A DNA stretch of 64,000 bases, from positions 197,251 through 261,250 of the forward strand of contig CAVQOE010000031.1 in the NCBI GenBank assembly GCA_963714295.1, given 5' to 3'. Position numbers and translations under genes: made by a program. The notes below the pieces were generated by a model that worked only from the letters and a program-made list of their open reading frames with translations, made no database searches and had not been told where the DNA came from. The stretch comes from an uncultured Actinomycetota bacterium. GTDB lineage: Bacteria; Actinomycetota; Actinomycetes; Streptosporangiales; Streptosporangiaceae. The stretch's first letter is position 1; the number at the start of each line of letters is the position of its first letter. Below, piece by piece: positions 12,800-23,749 of this stretch.

Positions 12800-13759
12800 G
12801 TGCGGCTTGTCTTCGCCGGGACACCGGAGGTCGCGCTGCCGGCGCTGCGCGCGCTGGCCGCCTCCCGGCACACGGTGGCGGCGGTCATCACCAGGCCGGA
12901 CGCGCCCGCCGGGCGCGGCCGGCGGATGGTGGCCTCCCCGGTCGCCGTGCTCGCCGGGGAGCTGGGGATAGCGGCGCTGAAGCCCGGCCGCCCGAGCGAG
13001 CCGGAATTTCTCGCCCGGCTGCGCGACCTGGCGCCCGATTGCTGCCCGGTGGTGGCCTACGGGGCGCTGATCCCGCAGGCCGCGCTGGACATCCCCCGGC
13101 ACGGCTGGGTGAACCTGCACTTCTCGGTGCTGCCCGCCTGGCGCGGTGCGGCCCCGGTGCAGCATGCGGTGCTGCGCGGCGATGACATCACCGGCGCGAC
13201 CACCTTCGAGCTGGTGAAGGAGCTCGACGCCGGCCCGGTCTACGGCACGCTGACCGAGCCGGTCCGTCCCACCGACACCAGCGGCGACCTGCTGGGACGG
13301 CTGGCCGTCAGCGGCGCGGGGCTGCTGGTCGGCACGCTGGACGCGATCGAGGACGGCACCGTCCGCGCCGTCCCGCAGCCGGCCGACGGGATCAGCCTCG
13401 CCCCCAAGCTCACCCCGGCCGACGCCCGGGTCGACTGGAAGCTCCCCGCGCATCTGATCGACCGCCAGATCCGCGCCTGCACTCCCGACCCCGGTGCCTG
13501 GACCGACTTCGAATCGACGCGGCTCAAGCTCTGGCCGGTCACCCCGGCCGCCGCCAGTGCCATCGGCGATGCCGCGGCTGCGGCCCCGCCCCCGGCGCCG
13601 GGCGAGCTCCGCGTCGAGCGCGGCGCGGTCTACGCCGGCACCGGCACCAGCCCGGTCCGCCTGGGCGACGTCCAGCCGCAGGGCAAGCGCCGCATGCCGG
13701 CCGCCGACTGGGCTCGCGGCCTGCGGGCCGGCTCCGCCGTCGGCCCCGGGTTCGGCTGA
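12800..13759 (+). CDS. fmt: Methionyl-tRNA formyltransferase
   Basis: [28 protein letters not shown]. Confidence 0.97.
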   Translation: MRLVFAGTPEVALPALRALAASRHTVAAVITRPDAPAGRGRRMVASPVAVLAGELGIAALKPGRPSEPEFLARLRDLAPDCCPVVAYGALIPQAALDIPRHGWVNLHFSVLPAWRGAAPVQHAVLRGDDITGATTFELVKELDAGPVYGTLTEPVRPTDTSGDLLGRLAVSGAGLLVGTLDAIEDGTVRAVPQPADGISLAPKLTPADARVDWKLPAHLIDRQIRACTPDPGAWTDFESTRLKLWPVTPAAASAIGDAAAAAPPPAPGELRVERGAVYAGTGTSPVRLGDVQPQGKRRMPAADWARGLRAGSAVGPGFG

Positions 13760-13760
13760 G

Positions 13761-15239
13761 GTGGGCGTCTACCGGCGTCCCGGCCCCCGGCAGCGCGACC
13801 CCGGCCCGGCCCGGCGCGAGGGCGCCCGCCGGTCGGGGAACCCGCGCCGCGCCGCCTACGACGTCCTGGCGGCGGTGGAGAGCCGCGAGGCCTACGCCAA
13901 CTTGCTGCTGCCCAAGCTGCTGGCCGACCGTGACATCACCGGCCGCGACGCCGCCCTCGCGACCGAGCTCACCTACGGCACGCTGCGCGGCCAGGGCACC
14001 TACGACGCGGTGCTGGCCGCGTGCAGCGACCGCCCGCTGGGCAAGCTCGACGCGCCGGTCCGGCTGGTGCTCAGGCTCGGCGCCCACCAGCTGCTCGGCA
14101 CCCGGATCGGCGCCCACGCCGCGGTCGCGACCTCGGTTGACCTCATCAAGTCGGTCGCGGGCCACGGTCCCGCGGGCTACGTGAACGCGGTCCTGCGCCG
14201 GGTGGCCACCCGTGACACCGACGCCTGGCTGGAGATCGTCGCCCCCGAATCGATGCAGGATCACGACGGCCAGCTCGCCATCCGCCACAGCCACCCCCGC
14301 TGGATCGTCGACGCCTACCGGTCGGCCCTCGGCGCCGACGCCGACACCGAGCTCGAGGCCGCCCTGGCCGCGGGCAACGAGCGTCCGCGGGTGACCATGG
14401 CCGCGCTGCCCGGCGGTCTGCCCCGCGAGCAGGTCATGCCGCCGGGCGCCGAGCCCGGGCGCTGGTCCCCGTACGCCTTCACCCTGGATTCCGGCAACCC
14501 GGCAGCGCTCATGGCCCCCGGCCAGATCGCCTCCGGCCAGGTCGCCGTGCAGGACGAAGCCAGCCAGCTGGCGGCCATCGCCCTCTCCCGCGCCCCGCTG
14601 GCCCCGGCAGCGGCGGGCCCGGCGGAGGGCGCGCGTCCTGAACTCTGGCTGGATATGTGCGCGGGCCCCGGCGGAAAGGCCCGGCTGCTGTCCGGCCTGG
14701 CCGGCACCGTCACCCCGGCCGCCAGCCTGATCGCCGCCGAGCTCCACCCGCACCGCGCCGAGCTGGTGGCCGAGGCGCTGACCCGGGCGGGCCGCTCCCG
14801 GCCGGAAGACGCGGTCGTGGTGGCCGACGGCACCAGGCCGCCCTGGCCGGAAGGCGTGTTCGACCGGGTGCTGGTCGATGCCCCCTGCTCCGGGCTGGGC
14901 GCGCTCCGCCGCCGTCCCGAGGCGCGCTGGCGCAAGGCCGAGTCGGACATCCCGGCCCTGGCCGGGCTGCAGCGCGCGCTGCTGCGCTCCGCGCTCGCGG
15001 CGGTCCGCCCCGGCGGCGTGGTCGCGTACGTGACCTGCTCCCCGGTCCCGGCGGAAACCCGCGACGTCGTGACCGCCGTGGCCGGTGCCGACCCGGACGT
15101 CGAGATCCTCGACGCGCCCGCCGTGCTAGCGGGCGTTCCCGGCCTGCGGTCGCCCAGCCCGCTGTTCGCCCAATTGTGGCCGCACCGCCACGGAACCGAC
15201 GCGATATTCATCGCGCTGCTTCGTCGTGGTACACAATGA
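13761..15239 (+). CDS. rsmB: RsmB/NOP family 16S rRNA m5C methyltransferase (Sun/Fmu)
   Basis: NusB-like N-terminus (ATELTYGTLR), VQDEASQ, DMCAGPGGK, DAPCSGLGALRRRPE, YVTCS; GTG start chosen right after fmt. Confidence 0.93.
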   Translation: MGVYRRPGPRQRDPGPARREGARRSGNPRRAAYDVLAAVESREAYANLLLPKLLADRDITGRDAALATELTYGTLRGQGTYDAVLAACSDRPLGKLDAPVRLVLRLGAHQLLGTRIGAHAAVATSVDLIKSVAGHGPAGYVNAVLRRVATRDTDAWLEIVAPESMQDHDGQLAIRHSHPRWIVDAYRSALGADADTELEAALAAGNERPRVTMAALPGGLPREQVMPPGAEPGRWSPYAFTLDSGNPAALMAPGQIASGQVAVQDEASQLAAIALSRAPLAPAAAGPAEGARPELWLDMCAGPGGKARLLSGLAGTVTPAASLIAAELHPHRAELVAEALTRAGRSRPEDAVVVADGTRPPWPEGVFDRVLVDAPCSGLGALRRRPEARWRKAESDIPALAGLQRALLRSALAAVRPGGVVAYVTCSPVPAETRDVVTAVAGADPDVEILDAPAVLAGVPGLRSPSPLFAQLWPHRHGTDAIFIALLRRGTQ

Positions 15240-15283
15240 GTCCACCTTCCGCTCTTTGGCCTGATTCTCCCGGGAAAAAATAG

Positions 15284-16763
15284 ATGCATTCCACGTCGCC
15301 GTCGCGCCGCTCGGGCGCGCTGCGGGCCAGCAATCCGGTCGAGCCGAAGCCGCCAAGGCGGCGCTCCCGGCTGGTCGGCGCTGCCTTGATCATCGGCACG
15401 GTCGCGATCGGCGTCTCGCTGGTGGCGACGGGCAGCGTCCCGCTCGGCTCGAAGACGGTGACCGCCACCCCGGTCAGCCACTCCGACGTCACCGTTGATT
15501 TCGGCGCGCAGACGGCCACCGATGACAGCGCCGCGATCGGCGTGGACGAGTCCACCTACGGCACGCCGTCGGATGTGCAGCGACCCGAAGGCCCAGGCGC
15601 TGCTGAAGAAGCTCGGCGTCGGTTACTCGCGGCTGGCCCTGACGCTGGCCGAGCCGTCCGACCCGGCAAGCCGGGTCACCTGCGCGGCCGGCGGCTGCGA
15701 CACCGCGATCGACCCGCTCGCGTGGGTGGCGATGATGGAGTCGGTCGGCGAGACGCCGGTCGTGGAAATCCCCGAGACGCTGAGCCCGGCCGCCGCCGCC
15801 GCGATCGTCACCCACCTCAACGGGACGGGCGGCGCGAGCCGGCCGGTCCGGTACTGGGTGATCGGTAACGAGCCGAACGCCGGCGGCGAGAGCGCCGCCA
15901 CCTACGACGCGCGCTTCAACCAGCTGCAGCCCGCGATGAAGAAGGCCGACGCGCAGATCGAGATCGGCGGCCCGGCCACCTACGGCTTCGACCAGTCCTT
16001 CCTGCAGCAGTTCCTGCAGGACTGCGGGTCCCGGGCCGACTTCGTCGATTTCCACTTCTACCAGGCCCCCGGCCACCAGAGCACGGCTCAGCTGCTGGCC
16101 GAGCTGCCGGCCATGTCGCGCGACCTGGCCACCTTGCACACCATGATCAAGGCGACCGTGCCGGGCCGCGACATCGCCATCCACGTGGGGGAGTGGAACT
16201 TCAGCGCCGATCCGGCGACCCTCGCCCAGTACGCGTTCACCGGCTTCGCGTCCGCCCTCGACGCCGACCTGCTCGGCCGGATACTCGCCGCGGGCGCGGA
16301 CGGCCTCGCCTGGGGCAGTAAGAACAGCACGCTGAGCCTGCTCTACGGCGCCGTGTACCCCGGGGATACCAGCAAGGCGCCGGCCGGCTACACCTCCGAC
16401 ACGCCGATGCCGCTGTATGAGGCCATCGGCATGTTCACCGGGCAGGGCCTGTTCCCGCGGTTCGGCACCACGATCGCCCGCGCCACCTCGGTGCGGCCCG
16501 GGGTGGACGTGTTCGCCTCGGCCAACCCCGACGAGATCGTCCTGGTCAACACCAACGCCAAGAGCGAGCGGGTGACCGTCCGGGTGGACAGCAGCAACCC
16601 GCAGTCCGCCGTCGTCTGGCAGTTGCACCAGACGAAACCGGTGGCCGGGCCGCCGGTCAGGAAGGGCAGCGCCACCAGCGAGGCGGGAAACTTCAAGATC
16701 TTCCTGCCGGGCGAATCGGTGACGACAATGGTGATGAGCACGCTCATTGACGAGCAGAAGTAA
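15284..16763 (+). CDS. Secreted/membrane-anchored clan GH-A glycoside hydrolase (GH39/44/79-like), one frameshift near 15578
   Basis: Basic stretch plus hydrophobic segment in ORF 15284; WVIGNEPN acid/base motif, DFHFY and HVGEWN nucleophile motif in ORF 15495; beta-rich C-terminus. Confidence 0.75.
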
Positions 16764-16777
16764 CTACCCGGATGGCG

Positions 16778-17770
16778 TTAGCGGGGGGCGTCGCCCAGGC
16801 GGTACTCGTAGGTGAGGTCGTCCAGGCGGCCCTTGAGCTCGGGGTCGAGGGCGTACGTGGCGGCGGCCAGCGACGCGTCGAGCTGGCTGGGGTTGCTGGC
16901 GCCGATGATGGGGGCGGTGATCGCCTTGTTGGCCAGCACCCAGGCGACCGACAGGGTCACGATGTTCACCCCGGCCTCATCGGCGAGCTTGCCGATCTCC
17001 TCGACGGTGTCGAACATCCGCTCGTGCCAGTACCGGTCCTGGTACATCGGGCCGGCGTTGCCGAGGGTGAACCGGCCGCCGTCCGGCGGCGGCGCCGACC
17101 GGTCGTGCTTGCCCGCCAGCAGCCCGCCCGCGATCGGGTTGTAGGAGATCACGCCGACGCCGTCCTCGGCGCAGAACGGCAGCATCTCCCGCTCGATCTG
17201 GCGGAACAGCAGGTTATAGCGCGGCTGCACCGAGTCGAACCGGGCGAGCCGGAGTGTCTGCGAGCGCCCGATGGCCCGGACCAGCTGGTAGGTCAGGAAG
17301 TTCGAGCAGCCGATGTAGCGGACCTTGCCCGAGTGCACCAGGTCGTCCAGCGCCGACAGCGTCTCGTCGATCGGCGTGTTCTGGTCGTAGCCGTGCAGCT
17401 GGTACAGGTCGATGTAGTCGGTCCCGAGACGGCGCAGCGACGCCTCGACCGCGGACAGGATGTGCTTGCGGGAGTTGCCGCCGTCGAACGGCGCCGGGCC
17501 CGTCGGCGCGAAGCACTTGGTCGCGATGATGAACCGCTCCCGCTTGCCCGGCAGCCAGCGGCCGATGATCTCCTCGGTCCGCCCCCGGGTAGCCAGGTCC
17601 CCGCCCAGCGGATACGCGTCCGAGGTGTCAAAGAAGTCGATCCCGGCCTCGGCGGCCCGGTCCATGACGGCGACCCCGGTCGCCTCGTCGCTCTGCAGCC
17701 CGAAAGTCATCGTCCCCAGGCAGAGCCGCGACACCTGCAGCCCGCTCTGCCCCAGCCTCGCATGTTCCAT
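16778..17770 (-). CDS. Aldo/keto reductase
   Basis: LCLGTMTFG, FFDTSDAY, SLRRLGTDYIDLYQLH, GKVRYIGCSN. Confidence 0.95.
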   Translation of the reverse strand: MEHARLGQSGLQVSRLCLGTMTFGLQSDEATGVAVMDRAAEAGIDFFDTSDAYPLGGDLATRGRTEEIIGRWLPGKRERFIIATKCFAPTGPAPFDGGNSRKHILSAVEASLRRLGTDYIDLYQLHGYDQNTPIDETLSALDDLVHSGKVRYIGCSNFLTYQLVRAIGRSQTLRLARFDSVQPRYNLLFRQIEREMLPFCAEDGVGVISYNPIAGGLLAGKHDRSAPPPDGGRFTLGNAGPMYQDRYWHERMFDTVEEIGKLADEAGVNIVTLSVAWVLANKAITAPIIGASNPSQLDASLAAATYALDPELKGRLDDLTYEYRLGDAPR

Positions 17771-17841
17771 AACCCGCACGCTACCGCGACCACCGGGCAG
17801 CGGTCATCCGCCCCTGCCCCCGGATCTGCGCCGTGACGTAT

Positions 17842-18573
17842 TTAGCGGCCGAGGAGCCCGGCCGGGCGCGAACGTAGCTTCGCGCCGCCGATGTCGGCCT
17901 TCTGGCCCTCGCGGTAGCCGGCCCGTAGCCGCCGCCCGAGTAGGTGACGCGCTTCTTCTTCAGCCGCGGGTAGGCCGCCGTGACCTGCAGCCGGACCGTC
18001 AGCGAGCGGTCGGCGAGCACCAGCGCGGCCGACTGCCCGGCGGGCGCCGCCGCATCGTCGGCGGCGGGCGCGGCGGCGGCGACCGCTGCCTCCTCGGCTG
18101 CCCGGATCCGCGCCACCACCGCCGAGCAGTAGCCGAGCATCCACGACCGGCGCCACGCCTTCGCGCTGTTCCCGGCGGCGGGCACCGGCTCCCGGGCCAG
18201 CGCCCGCGCCATCTGCACCAGCAGGGAGGTGTAGAGGATCTCCGCCCGTTCCAGGTCGGAGGCGTAGCCGAAGACATGCAGCCGGGTGCCCTCGGCGCGT
18301 CTGCGTCTGCACGCACTGGCAGCGCAGCGCGGTGGCGACGGCGGCCAGCAGGTGCGCCTTCACGTCAGCCCAGGGACGGTCGAAGCCGAACTTGCGGTCG
18401 GCGGGCCGGTCGGTCTCCGGGTGCAGCGCGCCGAGCAGCGCCCGGTCGATGCCGTAGCGGGCCATCAGCTCGGCGGCCTTAGCGGTCAGCGCCTCGGCCT
18501 CGGCCGGCGTGCAGCCCTCGTCCTCGGCCTTGGCGAGCAGTTTCCGCACTCGGTCAAGAAGGTCAGTTTGCAT
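17842..18573 (-). CDS. DUF2786 domain protein (two compensating frameshifts near 18290 and 17930)
   Basis: LDRVRKLLAKAED...EAEALTAKAAELMARYGID N-terminus; downstream frames give AWRRSWMLGY and GYREGQKADIG. Confidence 0.8.
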   Translation of the reverse strand: MQTDLLDRVRKLLAKAEDEGCTPAEAEALTAKAAELMARYGIDRALLGALHPETDRPADRKFGFDRPWADVKAHLLAAVATALRCQCVQTQTRRGHPAACLRLRLRPGTGGDPLHLPAGADGAGAGPGAGARRREQREGVAPVVDARLLLGGGGADPGSRGGSGRRRRARRRRCGGARRAVGRAGARRPLADGPAAGHGGLPAAEEEARHLLGRRLRAGYREGQKADIGGAKLRSRPAGLLGR

Positions 18574-18673
18574 GAGCAACCTCAGAGACTAAAATTATTC
18601 GAACTCATTGCCCAATGCTATCGGCCGGGTCTGACATTCCGGGTCCGTGCGACACCGCTCGCTGATTCCTCGC

Positions 18674-18695
18674 ACGGGGGGGCCAGCCCCCCCGT
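18674..18695. repeat. REP-like G/C palindrome ACGGGGGGG-CCAG-CCCCCCCGT
   Basis: Perfect 9-bp inverted repeat followed by a C-tract in the DUF2786/rpe intergenic region. Confidence 0.55.
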
Positions 18696-18727
18696 CCCCC
18701 CCGCCACCTCTAGACTCTGTTACTGCT

Positions 18728-19417
18728 ATGGCCGTTCAGATCTCGCCCAGTATCCTTTCCGCGGACTTCGCGCGTCTCGCCGATGAGGCCGCGGCCGTCG
18801 AATCCGCTGCCGACTGGCTGCACGTCGATGTGATGGACAGCCACTTCGTGCCCAACCTGACAATCGGCCTGCCCGTCGTGGAGTCGCTGCTCAAGGCGAC
18901 CGCGCTGCCGATCGACTGCCACCTGATGATCGACACCCCGGACCGGGACGCGCCCGGCTACGCGGCGGCGGGCGCGCGCAGCGTGACCATCCACGCGGAG
19001 GCCGCGCGGGCCCCGGTGCGGACGCTGCGGGCGATCCGCGCGGCCGGCGCCAGGGCCGGGCTTGGCATCAACCCGGCCACCCCGGTCGAGCCGTTCGCCG
19101 ATCTGCTCCCCGAACTCGACATGCTGCTGCTGATGACGGTCGATCCGGGTTTCGGCGGCCAGCACTTCCTCGACATCGTGCTGCCGAAGATCCGCCGCGC
19201 CCGCGCCATGCTCGCCGCCAGCGGGCTCGGCGAGATCTGGCTGCAGGTCGACGGCGGCGTCGCCCAGGAGACGATCGAGCGGTGCGCCGAGGCAGGCGCG
19301 GACGTGTTCGTCGCCGGGTCCGCGGTCTACGGTGCGACCGACCCGGCGCTGGCGGCGCGGAACCTGCGCGAGCAGGCCGAGCGCGCGACCGCGCGGGCAG
19401 GCTGGCGCACCGCCTAG
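18728..19417 (+). CDS. rpe: Ribulose-phosphate 3-epimerase
   Basis: [41 protein letters not shown]. Confidence 0.97.
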   Translation: MAVQISPSILSADFARLADEAAAVESAADWLHVDVMDSHFVPNLTIGLPVVESLLKATALPIDCHLMIDTPDRDAPGYAAAGARSVTIHAEAARAPVRTLRAIRAAGARAGLGINPATPVEPFADLLPELDMLLLMTVDPGFGGQHFLDIVLPKIRRARAMLAASGLGEIWLQVDGGVAQETIERCAEAGADVFVAGSAVYGATDPALAARNLREQAERATARAGWRTA

Positions 19418-19519
19418 CCGTGCGGCTCAGCCCAGACCGAGCACGACCGCCACTGTCTGCCCGCCCGGATTGACCGTCAGCGTGGTGTCGAGCGAGGCCA
19501 GCCCGGTCACGCTGGAACA

Positions 19520-20233
19520 CTAGTTGGCCACCACCGGGGCGCCGGTCCGCAATACCTTGGGGGATCCTGGGCCGATAGAGGCACCAGGGAAGGTCCGCGG
19601 CGTCTTCGCCGGGGTGACCTTAGCGATCAGCCGGACCGAGATGGGCTGCCAGGTCATCGAGGCCAGCGTGGTCAGCACCTGGGCGTCGGCGGTGCCGCAG
19701 GCGCCCCTCGGCAGCAGCGGGACCAGCTCCTTGCCGGTCGAGCTGATCAGCAGTACCTGCGGGGGGATGACGGCGAACTCGGGGCAGAAGACGCCTGGCT
19801 GGACCCGCCCCGACGGCTGGAGCAGCACCTGGACTAGGCGCGCCAGGTTGTCGGTCGACTTCTCCAGGGTCGCGGTCTCCCACTCGCCCTTCCCCGAGAT
19901 CACCTGGAAGCCGGTCACGCACCGCTCCACCGCCACCGGCTGGAAAATGGCCGTCAGCTTGGCGTGCGGCGCGTCCGCCGGCCAGCCCGCGCAGCCGGTA
20001 CCGGCCGCGATAATGGGGCCGCCGGTGACGGTCGGCACTGGGGTGGCGCTCGTCGGCGACGAGGGCGCCGCCGGGGCCTTGGCGGCCGTGGACGTGGTGA
20101 CGGAGCCGGGGTCGGACGCGGACGCGTGAACCGTCCCGCAGCCGGCCGCCAGCGCACCGGCGACGATCAGGGGAACGGAGAAGGCCCGAGTCTGCCGGGC
20201 AAGCCGTGTGATCGATGCGATTGAAGTCATCAT
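19520..20233 (-). CDS. Putative lipoprotein of unknown function
   Basis: LAAGC lipobox after a hydrophobic stretch, Ser/Thr/Pro linker, Cys-containing domain. Confidence 0.65.
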   Translation of the reverse strand: MMTSIASITRLARQTRAFSVPLIVAGALAAGCGTVHASASDPGSVTTSTAAKAPAAPSSPTSATPVPTVTGGPIIAAGTGCAGWPADAPHAKLTAIFQPVAVERCVTGFQVISGKGEWETATLEKSTDNLARLVQVLLQPSGRVQPGVFCPEFAVIPPQVLLISSTGKELVPLLPRGACGTADAQVLTTLASMTWQPISVRLIAKVTPAKTPRTFPGASIGPGSPKVLRTGAPVVAN

Positions 20234-20376
20234 GTGAGTGCCTCGTTTCTCAGGACACCCCTTAGACGGCGCGCGGGCGGTGATCGGTTTCCCTCGGAAC
20301 CGAAGTTTTCTCGCGGCGGCGTGAACGCTACGTTACGAAGGTTCTGTTTGTTCCCGTCGCACGGCACACTTGAAAC

Positions 20377-21780
20377 GTGTACGACTATGACCTGCTCGTG
20401 ATCGGCTCCGGCCCCGGCGGACAGAAGGCGGCCATCGCGGCCGCAAAGCTAGACCGGCGGGTTGCCGTCGTTGAGCGCCCGGACATGATCGGCGGTGTCT
20501 GCGTCCAGACGGGGACGATTCCCTCCAAGACGCTGCGCGAGGCCATCCTCTACCTGACCGGTATCGATCAGCGGGAGATCTACGGGCAGTCGTACCGGGT
20601 CAAGGACGAGATAACCGTCGCCGACCTCACCCGCAGGACCACGCACGTGGTGAACCGGGAGAGCGATGTCGTCCGCAACCAGCTCGCCCGCAACCGGATC
20701 ATGATTGTGCCCGGCCATGCCTACTTCGTCGGCCCGCACGCGGTCGAGATCGACGACGGCGGCGGGCGGACCCGCAAGATCAGCGCGGACAAGATCGTCA
20801 TCGCCACCGGCACCACCCCGGCCCGCCCGTCCAGCGTGGCCTTCGACGACGTGACGATCATCGACTCCGACGGCATCATCAACCTGGAGAAGGTGCCGCG
20901 CTCGATGGTGGTGGTCGGGGCCGGCGTGATCGGCATCGAGTACGCGTCCATGTTCGCCGCCCTCGGTACCAAGGTCACCGTGGTCGAGAAGCGCGACCGC
21001 ATGCTCGACTTCTGCGATGAGGAGGTCGTCGAGGCGCTCAAATACCATCTCAGGGACCTCGCCGTCACCTTCCGCTTCGGCGAGACGGTCGCCTCGGTGG
21101 AGGCCCACCCCGAAGGCGCCATCACCGTCTTGCGCAGCGGCAAGAAGATCCCGGCCGACACCGTGCTGTACTCGGCGGGGCGCCAGGGCATGACCGATGG
21201 ACTTAACCTGCCGGCCGCCGGGCTGACCGCGGACGAGCGCGGCCGGATCACGGTTGACGAGTACTACCGCACCAAGATGGAGAACATCTACGCGGTCGGC
21301 GACGTCATCGGCTTCCCCGCGCTCGCCGCCACATCGATGGAGCAGGGCAGGCTGGCCGCGCACCACGCGTTCGGCGAGCCGGTCTCGGCCAACGACGCGC
21401 CGCAGCCGATCGGCATCTACTCCATCCCCGAGATCAGCTTCGTCGGCCGCACCGAGGACCAGCTCACCGACGCCTGCGTGCCGTTCGAGGTAGGCGTGTC
21501 GCGCTACCGCGAGCTCGCCCGCGGCCAGATCGTCGGCGACTCCTACGGCGTGCTCAAGCTGCTGGTCTCACCCGAGGACCGCAAGCTGCTCGGCGTGCAC
21601 GTCTTCGGCACCGGCGCGACCGAGCTGATCCACATCGGCCAGGCGGTCATGGGCTGCGGCGGCACCATCGATTACCTGGTGGACGCCGTCTTCAATTACC
21701 CGACTCTCTCCGAGGCGTACAAGGTCGCCGCCCTCGACGCCACCAACAAGATGCGCGCCGTCACCCGCCTTTCCGGCTGA
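20377..21780 (+). CDS. sthA: Soluble Si-specific NAD(P)+ transhydrogenase
   Basis: [23 protein letters not shown] (single Cys), [24 protein letters not shown]. Confidence 0.95.
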   Translation: MYDYDLLVIGSGPGGQKAAIAAAKLDRRVAVVERPDMIGGVCVQTGTIPSKTLREAILYLTGIDQREIYGQSYRVKDEITVADLTRRTTHVVNRESDVVRNQLARNRIMIVPGHAYFVGPHAVEIDDGGGRTRKISADKIVIATGTTPARPSSVAFDDVTIIDSDGIINLEKVPRSMVVVGAGVIGIEYASMFAALGTKVTVVEKRDRMLDFCDEEVVEALKYHLRDLAVTFRFGETVASVEAHPEGAITVLRSGKKIPADTVLYSAGRQGMTDGLNLPAAGLTADERGRITVDEYYRTKMENIYAVGDVIGFPALAATSMEQGRLAAHHAFGEPVSANDAPQPIGIYSIPEISFVGRTEDQLTDACVPFEVGVSRYRELARGQIVGDSYGVLKLLVSPEDRKLLGVHVFGTGATELIHIGQAVMGCGGTIDYLVDAVFNYPTLSEAYKVAALDATNKMRAVTRLSG

Positions 21781-21786
21781 AAGGCG
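21766..21786 (+). terminator. Stem-loop overlapping the sthA stop codon
   Basis: CGCCTTTC-CGGCT-GAAAGGCG 8-bp stem. Confidence 0.5.
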
Positions 21787-21901
21787 TCGCCTTTCCAAGA
21801 TAGCGGTTTCACGCCCGCCAGCGCTTTGCGCTATTACTATTGCCCTGGAATATTACTGTTGCCGTGAAAAAACGGTTCGAGGGTCGTCAGCAGTGGAGGC
21901 A

Positions 21902-23749
21902 ATGGTGGCCGAGGCGCTCACCACCGAACCGCAACGCCCGCCCGCCCGTCGGCCCGGCCCGCTGGCCATCGCGCTCGCCGGGCTGCGCCCGGCCCGCAAC
22001 GTCCAGATCCTCGCTGCCCTAATCATCGCGACCGCGCTGATTCTCGGGTACATCGGACTGTGGCAGTACCTGTCAGGCCGGGGTCCCGCCGCCCAGTGGG
22101 GCAACACCTGGGACGACATCCTCTTCTATGACCTGCAGCTGCCAGTCCTCAGCGCTGCCCCGCTGCAGGTGGCAGGTGACTTTCCGGTCGTGCTGAGCAT
22201 CGCCCGCTTCGTCGCTCCGCTCGGCACCTTCATGGCCGCTTTCGCCGCATTGGAACTGGTCCTCGGTGAGCAACTGCGCGGCTTCCTCGCCGCCCGTGCG
22301 CGCGGCCACGCGATCGTGGCCGGCGAGGGTCCGGTAGCTCTCGCCCTCGCTCGCCACTTCGGCGGCAAGGCGGCCCCCGGGTCAGGCACCGCGCAGGATG
22401 ACGGCACCGGGAGCGGGAACGGGATCAGGAAGGTCGTCCTCGTCAGTGCCAGCGAGGGCACGCTCACCCAGGCTCGCCAGTACGGGATCCTGACCGTCAA
22501 GGGCGATCCCGCCGACGAGGCCACGCTCCGCGCCGCTGGGGTGGCCAAGGCCGTGGAGATCTACGCCTGCACCGCGACCGGCACGGCCAACGCGGCCATC
22601 GCGCTGCGCGCCCGCGGCATCGTCGTCGCCGGCCGCCGAAAGCAGCGGCTCGCCGTCTACGCCATGGTCCGCGACGCCGAACTCGGCGTCGCGCTGCGCG
22701 CCCGTCGTATCGGGGCGGACACCGACCCCAGCCTCCGCCTGGACTTCTTCGGCGTCGAAGAGATCGCGGCGCGCGAGCTATTCGACGCCCACCCGCTGGT
22801 CCAGGCCGACGGCCGCGCGGCCACGATCGTAGTCGTCGGCTTCGGGCCGCTCGGCCGGGCGGTGCTGCGCGAGGCCGCGCGCCGCCGGTCCAGTCAGCCC
22901 GGCGTGCCGCGGCTTGAGGTCGTCATCAGGCAGGCCACCCAGGACGAGGTCGATGAGGTCACGGCGGCCTTCCCCGCCATCGGCGAGAACTGCTGTCTGA
23001 CCGTCGGCGCGGACCCGGTGCTCCCCGCCGCGGGCGAGTACACGGTCTTCGTCTGCGTCGATGATGACGACCGCGCGCTGCGCGAGGGCCTGGCTAGGGC
23101 GCATGCGCTGGCGAGCGAGCGTGGCCACGTGGTGGTGTGCATGCGCGAGTCATCCCCGTTCGCCGACATCCTCGCCAAGGGCACCGGCTTGCTTGACGAT
23201 GTCGTGGGCCGGATCACGGTGTTCGGCGTCATTGAGGCGGCCTGCGTGCCCGCGACCATCCGCGATGACTTCATCGAGCAGATCGCCCGCGCGATCCACC
23301 GGAACTACCTGAAGATGGCGGCCGGCAACGATGGCAAGGATGCCGACGGGAACCCGCTTGACCCGTTGTCGCTGCTGCCGTGGGCGAAGCTGTCCGATGA
23401 CCTGAAGGCCGCCAATGTCGGCCAGGCGCTCAGCTTCGGCCAGAAGGTGGAGGACGTCGGCGCCGTGGTGATACCGCAGTCCGCGACCGCGCCCGAGTTC
23501 CAGTTCACGGACGAGGAAGTCGAGGAGCTCGCGATTGCGGAACACGACCGCTGGATGAGGGAGCGCTTCTCCCAGGGCTGGCGGTGCGGCTCGCCGCGCG
23601 ACAACGCACTTAAGATCCACCCCGCCCTTGAGCCCTGGCCCGAACTGCCCGAATCCCAGCGGATCAAGGACCGCAATGCTGTTCAGGTCATCCCCGAGAT
23701 CCTGCTTGACGCGGGCTTCCAGATCCTCCGCCTACCCAAGAATGCCTAA
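21902..23749 (+). CDS. 2-TM channel-like protein with two RCK/TrkA-N domains and C-terminal RyR repeats
   Basis: TM1 (ILAALIIATALILGYIGLW), pore-helix-like WDDILFYDLQL, TM2; HAIVAGEGPVA and GDPADEATLRAAGV (RCK1); IVVVGFGPLG (RCK2); IARAIH..Y, EHDRWMRER..GW.G..RD...HP.L.PW..L.....KDR (RyR). Confidence 0.85.
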   Translation: MVAEALTTEPQRPPARRPGPLAIALAGLRPARNVQILAALIIATALILGYIGLWQYLSGRGPAAQWGNTWDDILFYDLQLPVLSAAPLQVAGDFPVVLSIARFVAPLGTFMAAFAALELVLGEQLRGFLAARARGHAIVAGEGPVALALARHFGGKAAPGSGTAQDDGTGSGNGIRKVVLVSASEGTLTQARQYGILTVKGDPADEATLRAAGVAKAVEIYACTATGTANAAIALRARGIVVAGRRKQRLAVYAMVRDAELGVALRARRIGADTDPSLRLDFFGVEEIAARELFDAHPLVQADGRAATIVVVGFGPLGRAVLREAARRRSSQPGVPRLEVVIRQATQDEVDEVTAAFPAIGENCCLTVGADPVLPAAGEYTVFVCVDDDDRALREGLARAHALASERGHVVVCMRESSPFADILAKGTGLLDDVVGRITVFGVIEAACVPATIRDDFIEQIARAIHRNYLKMAAGNDGKDADGNPLDPLSLLPWAKLSDDLKAANVGQALSFGQKVEDVGAVVIPQSATAPEFQFTDEEVEELAIAEHDRWMRERFSQGWRCGSPRDNALKIHPALEPWPELPESQRIKDRNAVQVIPEILLDAGFQILRLPKNA

